In this document: piece after piece, positions 42,055 through 52,129 of the stretch
Numbering within the stretch: the stretch's first letter is position 1
How the letters are laid out: every line of letters begins with the position of its first letter
Origin: Alphaproteobacteria bacterium
GTDB lineage: Bacteria; Pseudomonadota; Alphaproteobacteria; Bin95
Length of the DNA stretch: 64,000 nt
NCBI GenBank assembly: GCA_964291285.2
Contig: OZ219785.1
Coordinates: 736,001-800,000, forward strand
Direction: 5' to 3'
Translations under genes and position numbers: made by a program
The notes under the pieces: generated by a model
What the model saw: only the letters and a program-made list of their open reading frames with translations
Told to the model about the DNA's origin: nothing
Database searches by the model: none

Positions 42055-44082
42055 ATGATCCGCGGCATCGGCGGCAGCACGCTGAGGGGCGGCCAGACCG
42101 TCTTCCACGGCATCCGCATGTGGGGCCAGCTGTTCCGGGCCGCCATGCTGTTCGCGGCCTTCACCACCGTCGCCGTGCCGGCCTGGACGCTGTGGCAGCG
42201 CAGCACCGGCGCGGAGTGGTACGCCGCCGGCATGGTGACGCTGGCCGAGGTCAAGCTGGTCCTCGGCTACGACCCGGAGTCCGGCCAGGAAATCCGCTTC
42301 GCCGACGGCACGCGCCGCGTGCTCGCGATCCGCGACATCGCCGCCTCCGTTCCGGCCCGCAAGGCGCGCGAGCGCATCAGGGACGAGCTGTTCGCCAGCG
42401 CCGGTCACGGCGCGGCGTCCGGGGCCGGGCTGATCGTCCTTTTCCTGATCGCGTTCTGGTGGCGCGGCGCCCAACTCGGCCGCCAGAAGCGCATCCGGGG
42501 CGCCGAGATGGTCACCGCCGCCGAACTGCGCCGCCGGGTCCGGCTGGCGCATCACCGCGCGCGGCTGCCCGGCGGCAGGCGGCCCTACAGCATCGCCGGC
42601 ATCCCGTATCCGGAGCGCGCCGAGACCCAGCACACCATCGTCTCGGGCACCACCGGCTCCGGCAAGACCGTGCTGATCTCCGATCTCGTCTCCCAGATCC
42701 GCGCCCGCGGCGAGCGCTGCGTGATCTACGACAAGATGGGCTCCTACACCCGCGCGTTCCTCGACCCCGACCGCGACGTGCTGATGAACCCGCTGGACGC
42801 CCGCGCGCCGCGCTGGTCGCCGTTCCTGGAAGCGCGCCACCCGCGCGACTTCGACATGATGGCCGCCGCCCTGATCCCCCAGCAGAAGGACACGGTCGAC
42901 CCGTTCTGGGTCACCGCCGCGCGTCAGCTCTTCTCCAACGGCGCCGGCGTGCTGCGCGGCAGGGGCGAGACCCGCAACCGGGTCCTGGTCGACCATCTGC
43001 TCAAGACCGACCTCACCGCGCTCGCCGAGGCCATGGAGGGCACGGTGGCGCAGTCGATCGTCGATCCCGAGAACCCGAAGACGGCGCTCTCGGTGCGCGC
43101 CATGCTCACCGCCAATCTCGCCGCCTTCGAGTTCCTGCCCGACGAGGGCAGGCCGTTCTCGATCCGCGAGTGGATATCCCGGGAGAAGGAGGACGGGTTC
43201 CTGTTCCTGACCTCGCGCGGCGACCAGCACGCCAGCCTGCGGGGGCTGATCTCGACATGGCTGGAGATCGCGGTCAACGCGATGCTGTCGCTCGCCCAGG
43301 ATGACGGGCGGCGCATCTGGGTGATCCTCGACGAGCTGCCGACGCTCCACCAGGTGCCGTCCCTCCAGCCGGGCCTCGCCGAAAGCCGACAGTTCGGCGG
43401 CTGTTTCGTGCTCGGCGTCCAGGTCGCCTCGGCGCTCCGCGACCTCTACGGGCGCAACGGCGCGGAGACCGTCTCCGGCCTCTGCGGCACGCGCGTCGTG
43501 CTCGCCGCGCCGGACCGGGACACCGCGCAATGGTCGGCCGACAGCCTCGGGCGCAGCGAGGTCGAGGAAGTCGCCGAGGGCGTCTCCTACGGCGCCAGCG
43601 CCATTCGCGACGGGGTGAGCCTCACGCCGCGCCGCGAGCTGCGCGCCCTGGCGCTGCCCTCGGAGATCATGCGGCTCGAGAACCTCGCGGGCTATCTCAA
43701 GTTCCCCGGCCCGTTCCCGGTCGCCGCCATCCGCCTGAAATACACCGCCCGGCCGAAGGCGGCCGAGCGGTTCGTGCCGCGCGAGGGGGACGGGACGGAA
43801 GCTGCGGCCGAGGCGTCCACCGCGGCATGCCTCGGGAAGGAAGAAGTGACGGTCCCTGATCCGTCGGCCCGGATGGACGCGGGCGTGCCGTCGCCGGAAG
43901 ACACGTCCCACCCCTGGCCGACTCAGCGCGAACTGGAGCTGGCGCCGCTTCCGGGAGAAGCGGAGGAAACGCCGACGGCCGCGGCGCATGACAGGCCGGA
44001 ACCGCAATCCCCTCCGGACGAGGCCCATTCGACGCAGGACGCCGCGGGCCCGGACGCAGGCCGCGCCTCCGACTGGGCCTGA
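42055..44082 (+). CDS. traD: Type IV coupling protein TraD
   Basis: RGGQ...H..RM, two TMs, SGTTGSGKT, IYDK.G, WSPF, DPFW, ILDELPTL, ESRQFGGC. Confidence 0.94.
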   Translation: MIRGIGGSTLRGGQTVFHGIRMWGQLFRAAMLFAAFTTVAVPAWTLWQRSTGAEWYAAGMVTLAEVKLVLGYDPESGQEIRFADGTRRVLAIRDIAASVPARKARERIRDELFASAGHGAASGAGLIVLFLIAFWWRGAQLGRQKRIRGAEMVTAAELRRRVRLAHHRARLPGGRRPYSIAGIPYPERAETQHTIVSGTTGSGKTVLISDLVSQIRARGERCVIYDKMGSYTRAFLDPDRDVLMNPLDARAPRWSPFLEARHPRDFDMMAAALIPQQKDTVDPFWVTAARQLFSNGAGVLRGRGETRNRVLVDHLLKTDLTALAEAMEGTVAQSIVDPENPKTALSVRAMLTANLAAFEFLPDEGRPFSIREWISREKEDGFLFLTSRGDQHASLRGLISTWLEIAVNAMLSLAQDDGRRIWVILDELPTLHQVPSLQPGLAESRQFGGCFVLGVQVASALRDLYGRNGAETVSGLCGTRVVLAAPDRDTAQWSADSLGRSEVEEVAEGVSYGASAIRDGVSLTPRRELRALALPSEIMRLENLAGYLKFPGPFPVAAIRLKYTARPKAAERFVPREGDGTEAAAEASTAACLGKEEVTVPDPSARMDAGVPSPEDTSHPWPTQRELELAPLPGEAEETPTAAAHDRPEPQSPPDEAHSTQDAAGPDAGRASDWA

Positions 44083-44083
44083 C

Positions 44084-47000
44084 ATGCTCTCGATCGGCGC
44101 ACTCTCCTCGGCCGCCCAGGGCGCGTCCTATTACGAGCGCGACGGCTATTACGCGAAGGACGATCCCGAACACCGCGACGCAAGCGTCTGGGCGGGCAAG
44201 GGCGCCGAAGAGCTCGGACTGAAGGGGCCGGTCGACCCGGACACGTTCAGGGCGGTGCTCGAAGGCAAGGTGCCGGACGGCTCCGGGACCGCGCTGGGCC
44301 GGCGCGGCAAGGACGGGGAAGTCCTCCACCGCCCCGGCCGCGACCTCACCCTGTCGGCCCCGAAGTCGGTCTCGATCGCCGCGCTCGTCGGCGGCGATGC
44401 GCGCATCGTGGACGCCCACGACCGCGCCGTGGCGGCGACGCTCGCCTGGGTCGAGAGGAACGCCGCCGAGACCCGCATGAAGGACCCGGAAACCGGGAAG
44501 ATGGCGCGGGTGGGCAATCAGAAGATCGTGGCCGCCGCCTTCCGCCACGACACCTCGCGCAATCTCGACCCGCAGCTCCATACCCACACCGTTCTCGCCA
44601 ACATGGTCCGGGGGCAGGACGGCAAGTGGCGCAGCATGTCCAACGAGGGCCTGTACGCGAACCAGAAGCTGATCGGCATGCTCTACAGGAGCGAACTCGC
44701 CGCGGGTCTCGGGAAGCTCGGCTACGATATCGAGAAGACCCATGCCGACGGGCGCTTCGAGATCGCGGGCGTCTCCCGGGAAGCGATCGAGGCGTTCTCG
44801 AGCCGCCGCGCCGAGATCGAGGCGGCGATGGAAGAGCGCGGACTCGGCGTTTCGGCGGACAATCCGCGCATCGCCGAACGCGCCGCACTGATGACCCGGG
44901 CCGCCAAGCGCGACATCGACCGCGACGAACTCCGGAGCGTCTGGCAGCGCCAGGCCGCCGACCTCGGCCTCGACGCCGGCGCGCTGGTGGCCGGGGCCCT
45001 GGAACGATCCGGCCCGGCGCAACGGGAAGCGGCGGTCGAACCGACCGGCGGATCGGGCAGGACGCCGGACATCGGCGATGCCCGCCTGGAAGGTGCGCCG
45101 GCCGGGGAGCGTGCCCCGTGGCGCGAAGCCGCCGCCGACATGGAACCGTCGTCTGCCGCCGCGGAGGCGGTGGCCTGGGCGATGGCGCACCTCTCGGAGC
45201 GCGAGGCGGTGTTCTCGCGCACCGGCCTGCTGGCCGCCGCGCTCGCCCATGCGCCGGGGGCGGTGACGATCGGAGAGGTGGAGCGGGAGGTGGCGGCGCT
45301 GGAGAAGGCGGGAATGCTGCACGCCGTCGATCTGCCCGGCGCGGAGGCCTCGCTCACGACGGAGAGGACCGTCGGCGAGGAGCGCGAGACGGTGGCGCTG
45401 ATGCGCGGCGGCCAGGCGCGCGGCCGGGCTCTCATGCGCGGCTGGCAGGTGCAGGGGCATCTCAACAAGGGGCCGCTCACCGCCGGGCAGAAGGACGCGG
45501 TGAAGCTGATCCTGTCGGCGAAGGACCGGGTGGTCGGCGTGCAGGGCTACGCCGGGACGGGCAAGACCGCCATGCTGAACCGGGCTCGCGCGCTGGCGGA
45601 GAAGAAGGGCTGGCGCATGGCGGGCCTCGCGCCTTCGGCTTCGGCTGCGCAAACGCTGGCCGCGGAGGCCGGCATCGCCACCGAAACCCTCCAGATGTTC
45701 CTCGCCCGCAATGCCGGCGTCGCCGAGGGCAGGCTCACGGGGAAGGGCGCCCGGGAAATGCGCGCCGCTTTCGCAAAGACGCTCCTGGTGGTCGACGAGG
45801 GCTCGCTGGCGTCCACCGTGCAGGCGCGCGACCTGCTGCGCATCGTCGCCGGGCTGCGCATGCCCCGCGTGGTGCTGGTCGGCGACGCCAGGCAACTCGA
45901 CGCGGTGGACGCCGGCAAGCCCTTCGCCCAGCTCCAGGCGGCCGGAATGCAGACCGCGACCATGGACGAGATCATGCGCCAGCGCGATCCCGTGCTGAAG
46001 GAGGCGGTCGTTGCCAGCCTCAAGGGAGATATCGAGCGCGCATTCGAGAAGCTCGGCGGCAACATCGCGGAGGTGAAGCCGGACAACATCGCCGGTGCCG
46101 TCGCCGCCCGCTGGCTCCGGCTCGACGCGGAGGCGCGGGAGAACACCGGCGTCATGGCGCCCTCCCATGAGCTCCGCCACGCGATCAACGGCCATATCCG
46201 CGAGCGCCTCGCCCGCGAGGGCCGCATCCACGGACCGGCAATGGAGTCGGAACGCCTGGTCTCGATGGGCTACACCAACGCCGAGAAGGCGCTCGCGGGC
46301 AACTACGGGGCCGGCGACGTGGTGGCCTTCCACCGGCCCTACAGGCGCCTCGGCGTCGGGAAGGGCGACGAGCGCCGCGTCACGGGCGTCGATTACAGGG
46401 CCGGCGCGGTGATGCTGGACGACGGCCGGGGTGGACAGGTCGCCTGGAAGCCGGAGCAAATCGGCGGGCGCCGGGGCGGCAGCGAGGTCTACCGGGCCGA
46501 GGAGATCGAGCTCCGCGCCGGCGACCGCATCCGCTGGACACGCAACGACGCCGGCCTCGGCCTCGTCAACAGCCGCACGGCAGACGTGCTCAAGGTCGCG
46601 AACGGGCGCGTGACCTTCCGCCTGGAGGACGGCAAGACCCTCGAACTCGGCAGGAACGACCCGCAGCTTCGCCATCTCGACCATGCCTGGGCCTCCACCG
46701 TGCACGCCTTCCAGGGCCGCACGGTGGACAACGTCATCGCCGCGATGGAGGCGAGGCACCCCCATCTCACCACGCAGAAGAGCTTCTATGTCGAGATCAG
46801 CCGCGCCCGCGACCGGGCCGAACTGGTCACCGACGACGCGGCTGACCTGAAGGCCCGGCTCGAATCCGTCACCGGCGAGCGCATCGCCGCCCTCGAAGGC
46901 ATCGGCAAGATGAAGCGCGAGGCGCCGGACAGGGCGGCCGAGGCCGCGCGGAACCGCTCGATGCGGCCGGAGCCGGAAACCGGCGAGGGCGCCGGGAAGG

Positions 47001-47086
47001 CGGGCGAGGGCATGAAGACGCCGGCAAGGACACCGGAGACGCCGGTGCGCGGCCGCGGCAAGGGGGACATGGACCTTGGATTGTGA
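44084..47086 (+). CDS. traI: MOB_F relaxase-helicase (TraI/TrwC)
   Basis: SYYERDGYY, DLTLSAPKSVS, HDTSRNLDPQLHTH (HUH), FSSRR, QGYAGTGKT, VVDEGS, GDARQ, HAWASTVHAFQG.T. Confidence 0.95.
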   Translation: MLSIGALSSAAQGASYYERDGYYAKDDPEHRDASVWAGKGAEELGLKGPVDPDTFRAVLEGKVPDGSGTALGRRGKDGEVLHRPGRDLTLSAPKSVSIAALVGGDARIVDAHDRAVAATLAWVERNAAETRMKDPETGKMARVGNQKIVAAAFRHDTSRNLDPQLHTHTVLANMVRGQDGKWRSMSNEGLYANQKLIGMLYRSELAAGLGKLGYDIEKTHADGRFEIAGVSREAIEAFSSRRAEIEAAMEERGLGVSADNPRIAERAALMTRAAKRDIDRDELRSVWQRQAADLGLDAGALVAGALERSGPAQREAAVEPTGGSGRTPDIGDARLEGAPAGERAPWREAAADMEPSSAAAEAVAWAMAHLSEREAVFSRTGLLAAALAHAPGAVTIGEVEREVAALEKAGMLHAVDLPGAEASLTTERTVGEERETVALMRGGQARGRALMRGWQVQGHLNKGPLTAGQKDAVKLILSAKDRVVGVQGYAGTGKTAMLNRARALAEKKGWRMAGLAPSASAAQTLAAEAGIATETLQMFLARNAGVAEGRLTGKGAREMRAAFAKTLLVVDEGSLASTVQARDLLRIVAGLRMPRVVLVGDARQLDAVDAGKPFAQLQAAGMQTATMDEIMRQRDPVLKEAVVASLKGDIERAFEKLGGNIAEVKPDNIAGAVAARWLRLDAEARENTGVMAPSHELRHAINGHIRERLAREGRIHGPAMESERLVSMGYTNAEKALAGNYGAGDVVAFHRPYRRLGVGKGDERRVTGVDYRAGAVMLDDGRGGQVAWKPEQIGGRRGGSEVYRAEEIELRAGDRIRWTRNDAGLGLVNSRTADVLKVANGRVTFRLEDGKTLELGRNDPQLRHLDHAWASTVHAFQGRTVDNVIAAMEARHPHLTTQKSFYVEISRARDRAELVTDDAADLKARLESVTGERIAALEGIGKMKREAPDRAAEAARNRSMRPEPETGEGAGKAGEGMKTPARTPETPVRGRGKGDMDLGL

Positions 47087-47474
47087 GGGAAACGGCACGC
47101 GAAAGGACGCGCCGGAAAGCAAAGTGAAAGCAGACCGCCCGGAGGATGCGCGAAGGAACAGGACCATCCGCTTCTCTGATTCCGAGTGGGAGGAGGTCCG
47201 GCGTGCCGCCCTGCTGCACGAAACGCCGCCCGCCGAGTTCGTCCGCGAGACGATCCTGGCGCTCGCGCGGAACCCCGAAAGCGCGGTATCGGACGCTGTT
47301 GCACCGTCGCTGGTGCCGCTGATCGAGCGGGTGTTCCGCTACACATGGTTCCTGGCGACCGAAAAACGCGACGCGATGGTCCGCGAGGGGCGCAAGAACG
47401 AAGTCGACGCCCTGGTCGCCGAGGGCCGCGCCCTGCATGACAAGCTGCGGCGGGGGCTTCCTGACCGGAACTGA
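47076..47474 (+). CDS. Ribbon-helix-helix-like DNA-binding protein (start uncertain)
   Basis: RTIRFSDSEWEEVRRAA....PAEFVRE pattern; directly after the relaxase. Confidence 0.6.
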   Translation: MDCEGNGTRKDAPESKVKADRPEDARRNRTIRFSDSEWEEVRRAALLHETPPAEFVRETILALARNPESAVSDAVAPSLVPLIERVFRYTWFLATEKRDAMVREGRKNEVDALVAEGRALHDKLRRGLPDRN

Positions 47475-47973
47475 TACCAGCGGCGACAGATAAGAACCGA
47501 TAAGCCTCTTTCGGCGGAGGTTACCCCCTGCGGTATGAGGCCCCGGCTCAGGAGTCGGGCTACGGAGGGAGGCTCTTCTATAGGTTCCGATCAACGACCG
47601 GTGGTATGACCAGCGCGTTATGGCATGCAACGCACCGCTCCAGCCAACTGGATTTCTATCCGATCCGGTAAACTCCCGTACGGATTTCGGCGGGTCCGTC
47701 AGCTCACCCATCATCGCCGAAATAGTCCTGAGGCATGAAGTATCTCACCCGGGGACGGAACCCCGACCGCCTGCGGCTCGGGACCATGCGATTTCGGGCT
47801 CTCAGCCCCGTGAGCGCTGCCTCTTGACAGAACCGCGACAAATACTGATCTTCTGTTGGGAAGCGCAGAATCCTCTTGTTCTTCTTCTTCGTCTGAAGCT
47901 TGCCTTCAGGCGGACGCGGGTCGTGCGCTCGTCTCTGGCCCCCAAGCTGATAAACGGTACAGAACAACGCATA

Positions 47974-48376
47974 ATGCCACCCCTACCGTCCGCCAATGTT
48001 CCAGCCGATCTCGGCTCCCTGGACATGGAAAGTCTTGCGCAACAGAGGGATGTTGCCCTGACCGAAATCAAGGCCTACGAGGTCAAGTTCATTCTGAACA
48101 CCGGCGCCATCCTCGCATTGCAGCCGTCTGAGAACCCCCTCCACTGGGACTCCATCAGGTTCGACAAGAGGGAGATTCACCGCGTTCCCAATAATCAGCG
48201 AGGATTATACGCCTTTATTATTGCCGACCAGCGCAAGTTCTTGCCGCCGCACGGTTACATCATGTATATCGGTATTGCTGGCCGCCGCTCCCACCGATCT
48301 CTGCGGGCCCGATACCAAGATTACTTCAAGCAGAGTGAGGTCGAACGCCGACCGGTTCTAGGAACGATGATTGCTA
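47974..48376 (+). pseudogene. GIY-YIG nuclease-like gene truncated by IS5
   Basis: RGLYAF..YIMYIGIAG....SLRARYQDY; lower GC; reading runs into the IS end at 48377. Confidence 0.6.
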
Positions 48377-49152
48377 GGCCCTGTGGACGTATTGACTCAG
48401 GAGCGTGTTCAGGGATTCCCGTGCGAGGATTTGTCTGAATCATGAGGCGTCGGCGATTCGGGGGTTTCGTTGATGTCGACGAAGATGACGAATGGAGACT
48501 GGGAGGTTGCGCTGGAGGTTTTCCGGCTTTGCCTTCCGAGGCGGGGTGCGAAGGCGAAGGACGACCGTCTGTTTCTGGAGGCGCTGCACTTCTTTGCGGT
48601 TCACAACATCACCTGGCGGGCGCTGCCGGAGCGGTTCGGGCACTGGAATACGGTATGGCGGCGTTTTCACCGTCTGAGCCGTTCAGGGGTGTTCGAGGAC
48701 TTTTTCGCCACGCTGGCGGATTTGAGCAGCACGGCGCACCTGGTTCAGATGTTCGATTCGACCGTGACCCGCGCGCATGTATCGGCGGCCGGCGCAAAAG
48801 GGGGCAGCAGGGTCAGGCGCTTGGACGCTCGCGGGGCGGTTTCAGCACCAAAATCCACCTGAAGACCGATTTCGACGGCCTGCCGATCGCCTTCGACCTG
48901 ACCGGCGGCGAGGCAGCCGACAGTCCGCATTTCGAGACCCTGATGGACATCGGCCCCGATGTCCGGCCCCGCGCCATCGTCGCCGACAAGGGCTATGACA
49001 GCGCCGGAAACCGCCAACTCGCCCGGAAAAGAGGCGCCCTGACCGTCATTCCCTACCGGAAGAACATCAAAAACAGGCCAAAGCGCTTCGCAAGCGCGCT
49101 CTACAGAGGACGGGCGCGCATCGAACAGGCCGTCGGCAAGCTCAAACGTTTC
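48377..49152 (+). mobile_element. IS5-family (IS427-like) element, 3'-truncated, two-frame transposase
   Basis: TA|GGCCCTGTGGAC left end. OrfA from 48473 (WRALPERFG.WNTV..RF.R, FDST..RAH); slippery AAAAGGGGG; orfB GRSRGGFSTKIH, ADKGYD, YR.R.RIE, stopping after KLKRF. Confidence 0.82.
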
Positions 49153-49326
49153 AGTATTCCACCGTACGCCTGTCTGTTCGTGGCAACTGATGTCAAAGGA
49201 AATCGTTGTATATCAATGAAGTATTGGTTTTCCCGGTGGACAAGGCGCGCCAGGACTACGCCCCGGTTGACTTTCATGTGTTGACCTGCATGGTGATATT
49301 CAGGGCTGTTTCGAAGGAATATCACT

Positions 49327-50595
49327 ATGTCAACACAGACCGGCAAGCGCACTGCAAACCTCAAGCTCACCCTCAACAAGCGAAACGTCGAAGCCCTCAA
49401 GCCCCGGCACAAACCCTTCATCGCATGGGACGACCGCCTCACCGGATTCGGTATCCGCGTCCAGCCCTCGGGCATGCGCTCCTACATCGTCAACTACCGC
49501 GCCGGCGACGGCGGGCGCAAGGCCGCCAACCGGCGCCTCGTCCTCGGCCGCCACGGCCGCATCACCCCCGAACAGGCCAGGCGCCTCGCCCGGGAGACGC
49601 TGGGCCGCGTCGCCGCCGGCGAGGACCCCGCCGCCGGGCGCACCCGCGCCCGCGCCATGCCGACGGTGCGGGACGCCTTCGAGGACTATCTCGCCGCCGG
49701 GCCGGCGCGCAAGGACAGTACCGTTGCGGTATACCGCAGCACCGTCCACAAGGACCTCGGTGACTGGCTCGACCGCCCTCTCGACACCATCGGGCGCCGC
49801 GATGTCGAGCAGCGCTTCCGGCGCCTGAGCGAGAATGCCGGGTGGGTGCAGGCCAACAATGCGATGAAGATGCTGCGCGCCCTCTACCGCCGCCAGTGCC
49901 TCGACCATGAGGGGCTGCACAATCCGGTGGACCAGTGGCGCGTCGCGGGCGGGCGGCCCCATCGCCCGAAACGGCGCATCATCCAGCCGCCGGCCGAGGT
50001 GCTGCCGCGCTGGCACCGCGGCATCGAGGCGGCGGTGCGTAACCCGGTCGCCCGCGACGCCTTGCACTTCGGCCTCTATACCGGCATGCGCCGGGCCGAA
50101 GTATTCGGCCTCGCATGGGCGCGGGTGGACAGGGCGGCGATGGTGTTCCGGGTCGAGGACACCAAGACCGGCGCGCCGTTGGCGCTTCCCGTCACCCGGC
50201 AGCTCGCGGCCATTCTCGAACGCCGCCTGGCCGAACGCGACCGTGTCCCCGAGGCGAACCGGGGCTGGGTGTTCCCGTCCGAAACCAGCAGGTCCGGGCG
50301 TCTCACCGGCATGCAGCACATGAATGCGCGCATCGGCGAGGCGGGCGGCGCGAAATTCTGGTTCCATGCCCTGCGCAACTGCTTCATCACCGTCGCCGAC
50401 CGCGACCTGATGTTGCCGGCCAGCCTGACCAAGCGGCTGGTCAACCACGCCCGGCCCCGGGACGTGACCGAGGGCTATGCCGCCGACTGGACCATGGAGC
50501 AACTCCGCGACGCCGCCCAGCGCATCTCTGACAGGATCGACGCATTGATCCGCGAAGGCATTCCCGCGCCACCGGCCTTGCCGCCGACAGCATGA
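49327..50595 (+). CDS. Tyrosine recombinase/integrase with N-terminal arm-binding domain
   Basis: WDD.LTGFG.RV.PSG..SY, TGMRRAE, DTKTG, HALR, VNH, EGY. Confidence 0.9.
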   Translation: MSTQTGKRTANLKLTLNKRNVEALKPRHKPFIAWDDRLTGFGIRVQPSGMRSYIVNYRAGDGGRKAANRRLVLGRHGRITPEQARRLARETLGRVAAGEDPAAGRTRARAMPTVRDAFEDYLAAGPARKDSTVAVYRSTVHKDLGDWLDRPLDTIGRRDVEQRFRRLSENAGWVQANNAMKMLRALYRRQCLDHEGLHNPVDQWRVAGGRPHRPKRRIIQPPAEVLPRWHRGIEAAVRNPVARDALHFGLYTGMRRAEVFGLAWARVDRAAMVFRVEDTKTGAPLALPVTRQLAAILERRLAERDRVPEANRGWVFPSETSRSGRLTGMQHMNARIGEAGGAKFWFHALRNCFITVADRDLMLPASLTKRLVNHARPRDVTEGYAADWTMEQLRDAAQRISDRIDALIREGIPAPPALPPTA

Positions 50596-50610
50596 CGCGT
50601 GGACCTTTCC

Positions 50611-50925
50611 CGGGCCCTCGACATGGGTGCGGGTGGTGATGCGCTTGCCGTGCTTCTCGATGGTGGCCTCTTGCAGGAGGTCGAGGTCGCGGATCAGGTC
50701 GTGCCATTCGATGCTGACGCCGGCGGCGGCGCATCGGTCGGCCAGTTCCTTCTGGAGGACCAGCGCGAGGAAGGAGCAGAAGACGTGGCCGCGGATCGCG
50801 GCGTCGCAGGAGTGGTAGATCGGTCGGGTGCGCAACTGGGCCTTCGCCCGGCGGAACAGGTCTTCCACCGTGAGCAGCTCCCGGTAGCGGAGCACGGCGT
50901 TGAGCGGCGTCATGCCGGCGTTGGT
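50611..50925 (-). pseudogene. IS1634-family transposase fragment
   Basis: YRELLTVEDLFR..K..L.TRPIYH..D..IRGHVFCSFLALVL.KEL. Confidence 0.75.
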
Positions 50926-51139
50926 GCGCCGGCCTATCTGGGGATATACCGGTGCGAGCCTCGCAAGGCGACGATGTAGAGGTCCATCGGGTCGCGGGTG
51001 CGGGAGACCGGGCGGCGGATGGCGTCGTGGCCGTGAGCCTCCCGCTCACCGGCGGCCTTGTCCGGTGCCGGCCAGCACGCCGTCGACCCGGGCGCGCGAG
51101 AGGCGGAACCGGCCCGAAGCTGTCCCCGTAGACAGCGCG

Positions 51140-51458
51140 TCGCGTCGACCCGGGCGCGCGAGACGCGGAACTCCCGCGCGATCGCCGCCGGCCTGAGGCC
51201 GGCCTCGAAGGCGGCGAGGATCGGCTTTTCCTGCCCCTGCGTCACCGGCCTGGCGCGCGCCCTTCCTCCGGATGTCTTGCCGGCCTGCCGCCCGCGCCTG
51301 CGGGCCTCGGCTGTCGCCGCTTCGACCGGCCGGTCGAGGTCCGCGTCGTCGAGATGGCGGAGCAAACGGTCGAGGCTCCCGCCGCGCTTTCCCGTCCCGC
51401 CACCCGGGCGCGCCGTCCTTCCTGCGCGTTGCCCCGTTTTCGTGGTCCTTCCTGTCAC
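51140..51458 (-). pseudogene. Degenerate small HTH protein
   Basis: LRHLDDADLDR...EARRRG...T.GQ...I.AAF.AG..PA.IAREF.VSRARV; ends unclear. Confidence 0.4.
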
Positions 51459-51709
51459 CTACAACCGGTGAGCGCATCGCGTGTGCGCTGGTCGATTGCA
51501 GCCCGAACGTGCCGGTGTGGCCATGGCCAGGGTGCTCTCCAGCTACCGGTCACCCGTGCCGCCGGCCCGCCGCCCGCCGTCGGGAACGCCGCCTCCCCCG
51601 CTCCGCGCCGGCAGGAGGGAAGGTCTGGCCGTGAGCGGGGCGGCGGTCGGCGCTTCGGAGAGCGGGGCGCTGCCGCCGGGTTCCACCACGGCACGATGGA
51701 GACGGCAGC

Positions 51710-52042
51710 ATGACGGCAGCAACGATGGCGATGCCCGGCAATACGGCGAGCACGTTCCTGGTCCACTATTTCGGCGGCGGCCTCGACGGCGACGACCGCT
51801 TCGTGGTCGAGCGGTTCCGCGCCCTGGCCTGCGGCGACATTCGTCCGGTCCGGGACGGCGAGGAGAACGCGAAGGGGCGGCGCAAGGTCAGGCGCACCGT
51901 GGTCTCGCGCAAGGAAGCCGAGGCGATGCGCCCGGAGCGCACCGAGATCATCATCTGCACCGGCCTTCGCACCCGCGGCGGGAAACAGGCCTGGGGTTCG
52001 GTTGCGGCGGGCCTCCTGTGCGACCGCAAGCAGCGCGGCTGA
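51710..52042 (+). CDS. Hypothetical protein
   Basis: GGAG RBS, GC3-biased codons, in the + strand gene run. Confidence 0.55.
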   Translation: MTAATMAMPGNTASTFLVHYFGGGLDGDDRFVVERFRALACGDIRPVRDGEENAKGRRKVRRTVVSRKEAEAMRPERTEIIICTGLRTRGGKQAWGSVAAGLLCDRKQRG

Positions 52043-52129
52043 GCGCTTTCCCGAGGGATGTCCGGCCGGCCCACCCGGGTCGGCCGGGCGTCCCTCTTCC
52101 GTTTTCCCCACGGCAAGGAGAACGCTCCC

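Noticed and set aside
27970-47167. Very long antisense ORFs (917, 1165, 726, 1156 aa)
   Set aside because: Shadow frames of high-GC tra genes, with no motifs; the sense frames match known families
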